DNA of 64,000 nt from the IMG/VR virus record IMGVR_UViG_3300028734_000012, positions 96,001-160,000 of that record, one strand, 5' to 3'. Source of the DNA: a virus. Position 1 is the stretch's first letter; each line of letters begins with the position of its first letter. The position numbers were made by a program, and so were the translations under genes. Positions 33,414 through 42,243 of the stretch are shown piece after piece. The notes under the pieces are model-generated. The model was not told the DNA's origin. It did not search any database and saw only the letters and a program-made list of their open reading frames with translations.

Positions 33414-34517
33414 ATGAATATTAAAGGAATTGATGTTTCAAAGCATCAAGGTAAAATTGATTGGTCAAAAGTAAAAGCAGATGGTGTAAAATTTGCTATG
33501 ATTCGTGCTGGATATGGTAATTCTATATCACAAAAAGATACTTTATTTGACTATAATGTTACGAATGCTTTAGCTAACGGAATTGACGTAGGAGCATATT
33601 GGTTTAGTTATGCTGTTTCATCAACAGATGCACGAAAAGAAGCACAAGTGTTTTTACAAGTTATTGAAAAATATAGAGGTAAAATGAAATACCCAGTATG
33701 CTTCGATTATGAATATGATTCAGTCAAATATTCTATATCAAAGGGTGTGACACCTACTAAATCATCGATGACTAGCATAGCAAAAACATTTATGACAGAA
33801 GTTAAAAATACTGGATGGGCTACCATGAATTATACTAATATGGATTTTATTAGAAATAAATTCGATATGTCACAGCTAAGTGAGTTTGAGATATGGCTTG
33901 CAGACTACAGTGGCTCACCAGACGTTACTTGCGGTATTCAGCAAACAAGTAGTAATGGTAAAGTTAATGGGATTAGCGGCTCTGTAGATATGGATACAGC
34001 ATTTAAGGATTATGCAAATCATCAAACTGCATCAGATGCAGTAAGTGATACAACTTCTGATTTTAGTATTTCAAAAGGTAATTCATATCAATTTAAAATT
34101 ACATCAAGTAATACACCTAGCTTTATTTTAGGAACTGCTAATGTATTCACAGTCAGTTTAGTTAGTCAAATTGGTAAGGAATATTTATTTAGAATCACAG
34201 CGATTGGAAATTCTGGTCAAGCAAGCGGAGTATTCCTTGATGGCAAGAAGATTTGTATAGTTACCGTTAAAGAAGATATTGTAGTTTCTGATACACCAAC
34301 TACATTAAATGTTTCTAAGGGTAAAACTTATCAGTTTAAATTAACGGCAGATAAAAAACCAGTTTTCACTTGTGGAAATGGTGGGATATTTATTGTTGAT
34401 TTTGTAAAGTCAGAAGGTAATGACCATTTCTTTAAAGTAACAGCTATTGGGGATATTGGTCAATCAGCAGGATTTTATGCAAATGGTAAGAATATCTGTA
34501 TAGGTACAATTAAATGA
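33414..34517 (+). CDS. Endolysin, GH25 muramidase with two C-terminal ~85-aa repeats
   Basis: GIDVSKHQG.IDW, GAYWFSYA, FDYE, WLADY, VDMD. Confidence 0.9.
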   Translation: MNIKGIDVSKHQGKIDWSKVKADGVKFAMIRAGYGNSISQKDTLFDYNVTNALANGIDVGAYWFSYAVSSTDARKEAQVFLQVIEKYRGKMKYPVCFDYEYDSVKYSISKGVTPTKSSMTSIAKTFMTEVKNTGWATMNYTNMDFIRNKFDMSQLSEFEIWLADYSGSPDVTCGIQQTSSNGKVNGISGSVDMDTAFKDYANHQTASDAVSDTTSDFSISKGNSYQFKITSSNTPSFILGTANVFTVSLVSQIGKEYLFRITAIGNSGQASGVFLDGKKICIVTVKEDIVVSDTPTTLNVSKGKTYQFKLTADKKPVFTCGNGGIFIVDFVKSEGNDHFFKVTAIGDIGQSAGFYANGKNICIGTIK

Positions 34518-34843
34518 AAAAGATTAAGAAGAAACCAGAGTTTTCTAAGTTCGTAATTGGCGCTTTAGTTTCAACTTATTTTGTAGTTTTAATTCTAGGT
34601 ATTTATGTAGTGATTAGTGCTTTAATACTATATCCAGAGTATGCCGTACAAGCATTAATGGCACTATTCACATATGTTGGTACTGTTAATGCAATTTCTA
34701 TACCATTTTATTTGACTACTAAAAGAGATGAGAATCTACAGAAATATCCAGACATAAAGACAATAGATGATTTTAAATCTATGAACGATATCAGTTCAAA
34801 TATGGGTGAAGACCTATCGAATATAAACAATACGGAAAAGTGA
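34514..34843 (+). CDS. Holin-like membrane protein (2 TM)
   Basis: Basic N-terminus, two hydrophobic helices, overlaps the endolysin stop. Confidence 0.6.
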   Translation: MKKIKKKPEFSKFVIGALVSTYFVVLILGIYVVISALILYPEYAVQALMALFTYVGTVNAISIPFYLTTKRDENLQKYPDIKTIDDFKSMNDISSNMGEDLSNINNTEK

Positions 34844-34853
34844 GGAATATTAT

Positions 34854-35216
34854 ATGAAAGAATTTATGAGTTTCGTTATTACAAATTGGGCATTAATTGT
34901 CGGTTTCATTTTTGTTATTATTATGGCAGTACAAAAAATCATGGAGTTTGTGGCATTACCTACAGATAAGAGAATGGCAGAAGTTAAAGAAAGACTTTTA
35001 GAATGGGTTAGAATTGCCGAAGCAGACCTTGGTAGCGGTACTGGTGTACTTAAACTTGCACAAGTATATAATACTTTCTGCGAAGCGTTCCCTTACCTAA
35101 AGAAATGGATTACAATTGATAAATTTGATGTTCTTGTAAAAGAAGCTTTAGCTAAAATTGAAGCCGCATTAACTACAGAACAAGCTAAAATTAATGCTTT
35201 CCATTTAAGCAAATAA
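34854..35216 (+). CDS. Holin-like protein (LL-H-like, 1 TM)
   Basis: N-terminal TM; V..AE..LGSGTG..KL..VY motif. Confidence 0.6.
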   Translation: MKEFMSFVITNWALIVGFIFVIIMAVQKIMEFVALPTDKRMAEVKERLLEWVRIAEADLGSGTGVLKLAQVYNTFCEAFPYLKKWITIDKFDVLVKEALAKIEAALTTEQAKINAFHLSK

Positions 35217-35229
35217 TAGAAACGATATA

Positions 35230-35261
35230 TATGCCATTATGGGTAATTCTGTAATGGCATA
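35230..35261 (+). terminator. Hairpin after the lysis cassette
   Basis: TATGCCATTAT...GTAATGGCATA; weak U tract. Confidence 0.4.
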
Positions 35262-35291
35262 ATTATAAAAAGAAAAGTGAGTGATAATAAA

Positions 35292-35621
35292 ATGGCAAAT
35301 ATGTCAATAAATAATTTTACATTTCATGACCATACCACAATAGCGAGTGTGGGGAATGAATTACATCTTACTAACAATATACAGACTGTCGATGTTGAAA
35401 TTGTCGCCACTGGCACATTTACGGCAAATTTTGAAGGCAAAGGTTTATCTGGTGCATGGTATCCTATTGTTGGGGCTGATTTATCTACATTAAATTTAGC
35501 AAGTAATACTAATGTTACTACAGCTTTATGGCAAATAGATTTAACTGCGTTGGTATCTTTTAGAATTAATTTAGTACAAAATGCAGGAACTGTTTCTGTA
35601 TATGGAAAGGTAGTGGGATAA
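35292..35621 (+). CDS. Small beta-sandwich appendage adaptor, copy 1
   Basis: Paralog of 38025-38366 (NF.FH, NN..TV..E, W, .D......I.L..N.G..S.YGKVV); TAATG coupling to the next gene. Confidence 0.6.
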   Translation: MANMSINNFTFHDHTTIASVGNELHLTNNIQTVDVEIVATGTFTANFEGKGLSGAWYPIVGADLSTLNLASNTNVTTALWQIDLTALVSFRINLVQNAGTVSVYGKVVG

Positions 35622-37858
35622 TGGCAGTAGATAATATTGCAAGAGGTTTAGCAAATTCTGCTGTAATTATTGCGCCTACTAATGTATTTACAAGTAATGC
35701 ATTAAGAGATGATTATTTTACATCTAATCCATCTGAAATAAAAGATAAACTATATTGTTTCAGTAATGGTCAATTACAAAGATATACAAATGGCGCATGG
35801 GTAGATTCAAGTCCTGCTATTAAAGGTGAGCAAGGGAACATGGGTATACAAGGTGTAAAAGGTGATACTGGTGCACAAGGACTAACAGGAGCACAAGGTA
35901 ATACTGGAATTACAGGAGATACTGGTGCGCAAGGTATACAAGGAATAAGCGGTTTACAAGGGGTTCAAGGTTCTGTTGGAGACCCATTCAAAATTACTAA
36001 AACATATACTTCTATTTTAGAAATGGATGCAGATTATACTAATTCAGATATAGCTATAGGTAATTTTGTATTAATTTCATCAACAGTTGATGACATAGAC
36101 AATGCTAAAGTATATGTAAAAGACCTTACTGCATACTCTTTTGTAACTGATTTATCTGGTATTTCTGGAATCAAAGGCGAAGATGGGTTACAAGGTATTC
36201 AAGGAATTGCTGGTATACAAGGCTCTATTGGAAACACTGGGTTAACTGGTTCACAAGGTATCCAAGGAGTTAAGGGTGATACTGGTGATACTGGTTTAAC
36301 AGGCTCACAAGGAGCACAAGGGGCACAAGGTATTCAAGGTATTAATGGGGCTACTGGTGAACCGTTTAAAATTACTAAAACATATACTTCTATAGCATTA
36401 ATGAATGCAGACTATTCTAATGTGAGTGTAGTTATAGGCAATTTTGTATTAATATCTTCTACCGTTGATGATGTAGATAATTCAAAAATATATGTAAAAA
36501 ATTCTAATGAATTTGCATTTGTAACGGATTTATCTGGTGCAACTGGTATACAAGGTGAAACAGGATTAACAGGCGCACAAGGTATACAAGGAGCACAAGG
36601 GATACAAGGTAATCAAGGATTAACAGGGGTTGAATCTAGTTCAGCTTATACATCTGCCGTATCTTATGGATACACAGGGACTGAAAGCAGTTTCTATACA
36701 TTATTAGCTAAGACTTCTTATGTTTCAATTCCTGCAACAGCTACTTATGCTAGTGGAATTGTTACTATAACTACACCAGTAACAACTAATAGATTTACAT
36801 TCATTGCTCCTAGTGATTTTTTAGTATCTGATACATATAAGCTAAATGGAACAGCTATTGTAGTAAAAGACTTAAAAGGAGTAGCCTTAACTGGTGGATG
36901 GGTAACTGGCTCTCCAATAGAGTTAACAGTATCTAATTCATCAGCTTTTTTTAAGAAAGGTAGTGGTAAGCCATTAGTAGTTACCACAGGAGAATGGACT
37001 GTTAGAACCGCCGTTGAAACAAATAAGTGGTATGGTGTATGTTATGGCAACGGGTTATTTGTTTCTGTATCCGTTATTGGAACACATAGGGTCATGACTT
37101 CACCAGACGGTATAACATGGACGGGCAGAACTGCCGCAGAAGCTAATAGTTGGACTGTTGTATGTTATGGGAATGGTTTATTTGTTGCAGTATCAAGAGA
37201 TGGGACGCACCAAATTATGACTTCACCAAATGGTATAACATGGACATATAGGACTGCTCCAGAACTAAATTTGTGGTATTCTTTATGTTTTGGCAATGGG
37301 TTATTTGTTGCAGTTTCTCAAAATGGCACGAATCAAATTATGACTTCACCAGACGGTATAACATGGACAGCTAGGGCTTCTATCGAAGCTAGTTCTTGGC
37401 ATGGGATATGTTATGGTAATGGGTTATTTGTTGTGGTTGCTCAAACTGGAACACATCAAGTTATGACATCACCAGATGGTATAACATGGACTGCAAGAAA
37501 TGCCGCAGAAGCTAATTATTGGATAAGTATATGTTATGGGAATGGATTATTTGTCGCAGTTGCACAAACTGGTACGCATCAAATCATGACTTCACCAGAT
37601 GGTATAAACTGGACAGCTATAACTGCTACTGAAAATAATACTTGGGGAAGTGTGTGTTATGGTAATGGATTATTCGTTGCAGTTGCACAAAGTGGAACAC
37701 ATAGAGTTATGACTTCACCAGATGGGATAAACTGGACAGCTAGAACTGCCGCAGAAAATAATGTATGGGTATCTTTGTGTTATGGTAATGAAATATTCGT
37801 TGCAGTTGGCGCTGACGGTACTAACAGAGTTATGACTACTAATATCGTTTTAAATTAA
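35621..37858 (+). CDS. Collagen-like fibre with C-terminal 7-bladed beta-propeller
   Basis: N-terminal D..ARGLA; three Gly-X-Y tracts separated by a duplicated PFKITKTYTSI module; knob domain; seven 41-aa CYGNGLFVAV..MTSPDG repeats. Confidence 0.8.
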   Translation: MAVDNIARGLANSAVIIAPTNVFTSNALRDDYFTSNPSEIKDKLYCFSNGQLQRYTNGAWVDSSPAIKGEQGNMGIQGVKGDTGAQGLTGAQGNTGITGDTGAQGIQGISGLQGVQGSVGDPFKITKTYTSILEMDADYTNSDIAIGNFVLISSTVDDIDNAKVYVKDLTAYSFVTDLSGISGIKGEDGLQGIQGIAGIQGSIGNTGLTGSQGIQGVKGDTGDTGLTGSQGAQGAQGIQGINGATGEPFKITKTYTSIALMNADYSNVSVVIGNFVLISSTVDDVDNSKIYVKNSNEFAFVTDLSGATGIQGETGLTGAQGIQGAQGIQGNQGLTGVESSSAYTSAVSYGYTGTESSFYTLLAKTSYVSIPATATYASGIVTITTPVTTNRFTFIAPSDFLVSDTYKLNGTAIVVKDLKGVALTGGWVTGSPIELTVSNSSAFFKKGSGKPLVVTTGEWTVRTAVETNKWYGVCYGNGLFVSVSVIGTHRVMTSPDGITWTGRTAAEANSWTVVCYGNGLFVAVSRDGTHQIMTSPNGITWTYRTAPELNLWYSLCFGNGLFVAVSQNGTNQIMTSPDGITWTARASIEASSWHGICYGNGLFVVVAQTGTHQVMTSPDGITWTARNAAEANYWISICYGNGLFVAVAQTGTHQIMTSPDGINWTAITATENNTWGSVCYGNGLFVAVAQSGTHRVMTSPDGINWTARTAAENNVWVSLCYGNEIFVAVGADGTNRVMTTNIVLN
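36995..37855 (+). repeat. Seven tandem 123-bp coding repeats (propeller blades)
   Basis: W..RTA.E.N.W..VCYGNGLFVAV...GT...MTSPDG x7, ending at the stop codon. Confidence 0.9.
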
Positions 37859-37869
37859 AATTTGATAAT

Positions 37870-37887
37870 TTCATATTATAATATGAA
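37870..37887. repeat. 18-bp palindrome copy 2 (intergenic)
   Basis: TTCATATT-AT-AATATGAA. Confidence 0.7.
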
Positions 37888-37902
37888 ACATCACAAAATT
37901 AT

Positions 37903-37945
37903 TAATACTATAGGATTAAGACAAATTTTCTATAGTATTTTTTAT
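37903..37945 (+). terminator. Probable intrinsic terminator
   Basis: AATACTATAGGA...TTCTATAGTATT followed by a T run. Confidence 0.6.
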
Positions 37946-38024
37946 TCGCAATATATACAAAAATAAAATATTTTTATGTACACATATAAACAATAAATTA
38001 TAAGGGGAAAGGTGAAAAACATAT

Positions 38025-38366
38025 ATGTCTAGCAATGTTTTAGAAAATTTTATATTTCATGAAGATAATAGTGATATAGGAGATGGCAATATTCTCACAA
38101 TAACAAACAATATGTCAACTGTTAATTTTGAGGTTATCTCTTCTGATGATAATGATTTTGAAGCAATGGTATACGCTCAACTTGTTGATTCAGACAGATG
38201 GTATAATTATCCATGTTTTAAGTTACCTACATATGAATTAATAGATAATTCATTTAGTGAAAGTGGCTATATTTATACCGTTGATGTTAGTGCAATTTCT
38301 AAAATTTTTATTAGATTACTTAGCAATACTGGACTAATTTCAATTTATGGAAAAGTGGTGAGTTAA
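38025..38366 (+). CDS. Small beta-sandwich appendage adaptor, copy 2
   Basis: Paralog of 35292-35621; SD AAGGTGA; TAATG coupling. Confidence 0.6.
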   Translation: MSSNVLENFIFHEDNSDIGDGNILTITNNMSTVNFEVISSDDNDFEAMVYAQLVDSDRWYNYPCFKLPTYELIDNSFSESGYIYTVDVSAISKIFIRLLSNTGLISIYGKVVS

Positions 38367-40144
38367 TGGACAGTGTAGCGAGAGGATTGGCTTCAAGAGT
38401 AAATAATACTGGTAGGCTAAAAGGCTCTTATAAAGGGTATCTTAGCACAGCAGAAGGTGTTGACACAACTGCAAGCGGTAACAATAGCCATTCAGAAGGA
38501 TATTGTACTATTGCTTCTGGCGAAGGTAGTCATGCAGAAGGAGACCAAACAACTGCTTCTGGTACTTGTTCTCATTCAGAAGGTAGAGATATAACTGCTT
38601 CTGGTCATTTTAGCCATGCAGAAGGTAATGAAACAATTGCTTCTGGTACTTGTTCTCATGCAGAAGGATTATCCACGATTTCAAACGGGTATGATAGTCA
38701 TACAGAGGGATATGGTTCATCCGCTTCTGGTAGTAGTTCCCACGCAGAAGGTGAGCATACATTAGCTTATGGTGATGATAGCCATGCAGAAGGATTAAAT
38801 ACAACTGCAAGCAGTAATTATTCTCATGCAGAAGGTCAATATACATTAAGTGCAAATGGAGTTATGTATAACATAACTGCTTATAACAATACCAATAAAA
38901 CAATCACACTTAATAATGTAACAGGATTAAGTGTTGGTGATAAGTTACAAATTAAAATCGTACTTGATATGTCATTATCTAATATTAGTATTACAAAGAT
39001 TACTGGTTTGGTTGTTACTTTAAATACAACATTAGTGATTAGTTCTAATTGGTTGTATGCTGTTAAATTATCTTCTACGATGGGGGCAGTCCATTCAGAA
39101 GGATACAGTTCATTAGCTTGTGGGCTATACTCACATGCAGAAGGTGGAACTACATTATCAACTGGCGAAGGTAGTCATGCAGAGGGTGAAACTACAATTG
39201 CAAGTGGACGTTGTTCTCATACAGAGGGTGGTGCGACTAAAGCAAGTAATACTTGCTCCCACGCAGAAGGAAGTTCTACAACATCAAGCGGTTTATATTC
39301 TCATTCAGAGGGACAAAATACAGTAGCAAGTGGGTCTTGTTCACATGCAGAAAACGGTGGTGCAACTGCAAGCGGTCTTTGTTCTCACGCAGAGGGTTCT
39401 CTTACAAAAGCAAATGGAGATTATTCACATGCAGAAGGTGGCGCAACAACATCTGATGCATTTTTTTCTCACACACAAGGAACGTATAATAAAGTATTAA
39501 CTGGAACTCCAACGGCTTATTCCGCAACGGCAGATGCTTTTGTAATTGGAAATGGAACTAGTGCTAGTGCTTTATCTAATGCTTTTAGAGTAACTTTTAA
39601 TGGTAAGACTTATGGTCTATCTGCTTTTAATACAACTGGCGCTGATTATGCTGAATTATTTGAGTGGGAAGATGGTAATCCAGATAATGAAGATAGAGTT
39701 GGATATTTTGTAACACTTAATGGTGAAAAAATAAAAAAAGCTACATCTTTAAGTGATTATATTATAGGGGTAATATCAACTAATCCATCTATAATTGGAG
39801 ATAATTATGCAGATGATTGGAACGGTAAATATGTTACTGATAAATGGGGAAGAATACAATATCAAAATGTACTTGTTCCTGCAACTGATACACAACCAGA
39901 ACGTTTAGATTATGTCCCAGTACTTAATTCGTCATGGGATTCTTCACAACCTTATACTTCAAGAGAAGACCGTAAAGAATGGGGAATTGTAGGTATGATG
40001 GGTAAGTTACTCGTCATAGATGATGGGACTTGTGAAGTAAATGGATATTGTAAACCAGTGAATGGAATAGCTACAAAATCTGATAGTGGATATAGAGTAA
40101 TCAAAAGAATAGATGATACGTGCGTTAAAATTATAATAATTTAG
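38366..40144 (+). CDS. Trimeric fibre/spike with YadA-like beta-roll repeats and C-terminal peptidase G2-like intramolecular chaperone
   Basis: N-terminal D..ARGLA; two blocks of 14-aa SHAEG..T.ASG repeats; GADYAELFEWEDGN...R.EW..VGMMGKL...DDG as in phi29 pre-neck appendage-type proteins. Confidence 0.8.
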   Translation: MDSVARGLASRVNNTGRLKGSYKGYLSTAEGVDTTASGNNSHSEGYCTIASGEGSHAEGDQTTASGTCSHSEGRDITASGHFSHAEGNETIASGTCSHAEGLSTISNGYDSHTEGYGSSASGSSSHAEGEHTLAYGDDSHAEGLNTTASSNYSHAEGQYTLSANGVMYNITAYNNTNKTITLNNVTGLSVGDKLQIKIVLDMSLSNISITKITGLVVTLNTTLVISSNWLYAVKLSSTMGAVHSEGYSSLACGLYSHAEGGTTLSTGEGSHAEGETTIASGRCSHTEGGATKASNTCSHAEGSSTTSSGLYSHSEGQNTVASGSCSHAENGGATASGLCSHAEGSLTKANGDYSHAEGGATTSDAFFSHTQGTYNKVLTGTPTAYSATADAFVIGNGTSASALSNAFRVTFNGKTYGLSAFNTTGADYAELFEWEDGNPDNEDRVGYFVTLNGEKIKKATSLSDYIIGVISTNPSIIGDNYADDWNGKYVTDKWGRIQYQNVLVPATDTQPERLDYVPVLNSSWDSSQPYTSREDRKEWGIVGMMGKLLVIDDGTCEVNGYCKPVNGIATKSDSGYRVIKRIDDTCVKIIII

Positions 40145-40146
40145 CA

Positions 40147-40185
40147 AAATGGGATATAACATTTTATTGTTATATCCCATTTTTT
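40147..40185. terminator. Bidirectional terminator at the convergence of the late (+) and early (-) arms
   Basis: AAAATGGGATATAAC..GTTATATCCCATTTTTTT. Confidence 0.85.
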
Positions 40186-40193
40186 ATGCGTTT

Positions 40194-40484
40194 TTATTTC
40201 TGTTTTAATAATCTTTTAGCTATTCTATAAACCCATTCTTTATGATAGTCTAAATTAAACCCAGTTGAGTAATCCCAATCTTTAAATTCTTTATAGAACT
40301 CGGTATTTTCGCTTATGTCTGGATAAAGTTTTTGCAGATTAAAAAGTTCTTCACTCCATTGGGAATAAACTGCATCGTCTATAACATTTTTATCCAATTG
40401 ATAATAGATGTATGAATGTACCAATATTTGTCTACGTCTTCTCTTAATTAATTCTGTAATTTTATTAATTTCAATTTCAGTCAT
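40194..40484 (-). CDS. Stand-alone NAD-dependent DNA ligase domain Ia-like protein
   Basis: Start ATG 40484 (SD AGGTGG); HSYIYYQLDKNVIDDAVY..W..EL..LQ..YP resembles the LigA N-terminal Ia motif. Confidence 0.6.
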   Translation of the reverse strand: MTEIEINKITELIKRRRRQILVHSYIYYQLDKNVIDDAVYSQWSEELFNLQKLYPDISENTEFYKEFKDWDYSTGFNLDYHKEWVYRIAKRLLKQK

Positions 40485-40590
40485 TATTTTACCACCTAAA
40501 ATTATTTTTAGTATTTTGTATATTCTATTTTTAAAAGCATATAATATTATCAGTAACCCATATAAATTAAATAAATAGGAGATTGACAAC

Positions 40591-40827
40591 ATGGCTAGAG
40601 GAAGAAAACCATTACCTAAAGATTACGAAAAACTCATTGCGGAAATCAATGATAAAATTGCCCGTTACACAAAGAGGATTGAAGAATTTGAAACAGAAAA
40701 AGAAGAGTTAATGCAAGGTAGGAAACAGAAAGAACTAGAGACTTTGTATAATACGATGTTATCCACTGGCAAAACAGTTGAAGAAATCGTAACTTTAGTA
40801 CATGATAGTTCTAAGAAATCCAAATAA
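40591..40827 (+). CDS. Small coiled-coil protein with basic N-terminus
   Basis: SD AGGAG; MARGRKP then heptad repeats; followed by a terminator. Confidence 0.7.
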   Translation: MARGRKPLPKDYEKLIAEINDKIARYTKRIEEFETEKEELMQGRKQKELETLYNTMLSTGKTVEEIVTLVHDSSKKSK

Positions 40828-40836
40828 TCTAACTTT

Positions 40837-40878
40837 AAAATACTATAAAGTCTTTTATTGGCTTTGTAGTATTTTTTT
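40837..40878 (+). terminator. Intrinsic terminator
   Basis: AAAATACTATAAAGTC..GGCTTTGTAGTATTTTTTT. Confidence 0.7.
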
Positions 40879-40883
40879 AGCCA

Positions 40884-40912
40884 TTGACTATTATCCATGA
40901 TTGTGATATGAT
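40884..40912 (+). promoter_or_regulatory. SigA-type promoter with extended -10 for the MazF-like gene
   Basis: TTGACT-N17-TATGAT with TG at -15/-14. Confidence 0.65.
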
Positions 40913-40951
40913 ATATACATAAATCTATATATAAAAAAGGAGAAATGATTA

Positions 40952-41605
40952 ATGTCTACCATCGGCAATAGTACAAACATAAGTGAAGCCTTAGTAGAAG
41001 AAGAGTATGATAATAGAGAATTTAAAAGAGGGGAAATTTACTTCGTTAATTTAGAAGATATGGGTTATGGCTCACGATACATTCAAATGAAAACCCGTCC
41101 TGCTCTAATAATTCAGAATGATGTCGGCAATAGTCACAGTCAAACAATGATTATCGCATTACTTACAACTTCCGATAAGAAACCTTATCCATTTCAATAT
41201 CACTTCCCTCTTAATGGGAGAATATCGGTTATTATGTTCGAACAAATTATGACTGTTGATAAGTTTCGTATGCTGAATAGATGTGGAGCATTAACTCATG
41301 AACAAATGATAGATGCCGAACAAAAACTTATGTATTCGTTACAACTTAATAGAATGTCACTTGAAAATATTATTGACTTTGATATTATGAGTGTAAATTC
41401 CAAAACAACTAATTTTGGAAATGTTACTTACTTCGAAATCGTGATACATTTTCTAAATAATCAAGATAGAATAATCAATATATCGTTAGATAAATTGCAA
41501 GAATACAACAAGGTAGTTACTAAAAGTATAAAATTTATTAAACTAAAGAAACTGCTAGATTGTTGCAAAGGGTTGAATTGGTTAGTTAACAACAACGAAA
41601 TTTAA
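40952..41605 (+). CDS. PemK/MazF-like endoribonuclease with C-terminal extension
   Basis: KRGEIYFVNL...G...Q.KTRPALIIQND.GN, ALLTT, EQIMTVDK.R. Confidence 0.82.
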   Translation: MSTIGNSTNISEALVEEEYDNREFKRGEIYFVNLEDMGYGSRYIQMKTRPALIIQNDVGNSHSQTMIIALLTTSDKKPYPFQYHFPLNGRISVIMFEQIMTVDKFRMLNRCGALTHEQMIDAEQKLMYSLQLNRMSLENIIDFDIMSVNSKTTNFGNVTYFEIVIHFLNNQDRIINISLDKLQEYNKVVTKSIKFIKLKKLLDCCKGLNWLVNNNEI

Positions 41606-41609
41606 TAAT

Positions 41610-41900
41610 TTATTTTTTAGAAACATTAGTAGAAATATTACTAATGTTTTTTACTAGTTTCTGTTCATTATCAATTAGAATTGACATTGCTTGTGCTTTA
41701 GTGAAACCGACTTCAACTAGAGCATCATATTCATTTTTCTTTGCTAATGCGCCAATATGGAATAACTCTTTATTATTTGCATAATCAGAATATACAGTCA
41801 TCAATTCTTTGAGGGCAGTATAAACAATTGGCTTATATGCTTCGACTAATCCGCTAATAGCTGTAGGGTCTTTTAATAGTTCTTTAAATAATTCATCCAT
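41610..41900 (-). CDS. Hypothetical protein
   Basis: ATG 41900 with SD AAGGAG; GFTKAQAMSIL motif. Confidence 0.6.
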   Translation of the reverse strand: MDELFKELLKDPTAISGLVEAYKPIVYTALKELMTVYSDYANNKELFHIGALAKKNEYDALVEVGFTKAQAMSILIDNEQKLVKNISNISTNVSKK

Positions 41901-41931
41901 AAGTAATCTCCTTTTGATGTAAGTCATCACC

Positions 41932-42243
41932 TTATTTATTGATATTAGATTTAAGAAATTCTTCTCTAAGTTCAGTCTCGTTTAGATTATATTTTTTAAT
42001 AATATAATCTAAAAGTTCAGTTTCATCTATAGTTATTCCAGAACAAAATGGACAATATTCCTTCTTTAATCCAATCTCATCCATCATATATGATGGGAAG
42101 TATCCTTCATAATCATTATCTTTTTCATTATCATGTACAACACATTCATCACATATATCTCTTCCGCAAGAATTACAGTGAGCAACAGCTTCTTCATATC
42201 TTGATTCACCACAAGAATCACAGCTATAATAATCTACACTCAT
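41932..42243 (-). CDS. Cys-rich Zn-finger protein
   Basis: CDSC, CNSC, CDEC, CPFC; ATGA overlap with the upstream gene. Confidence 0.6.
   Translation of the reverse strand: MSVDYYSCDSCGESRYEEAVAHCNSCGRDICDECVVHDNEKDNDYEGYFPSYMMDEIGLKKEYCPFCSGITIDETELLDYIIKKYNLNETELREEFLKSNINK

Noticed and set aside
36995-39480. Regular repeats resembling a CRISPR array or DGR template/variable repeats
   Set aside because: They are in-frame coding repeats (123 bp and 42 bp) without unique spacers. There is no reverse transcriptase, cas operon or adenine-specific TR/VR pair in the window.
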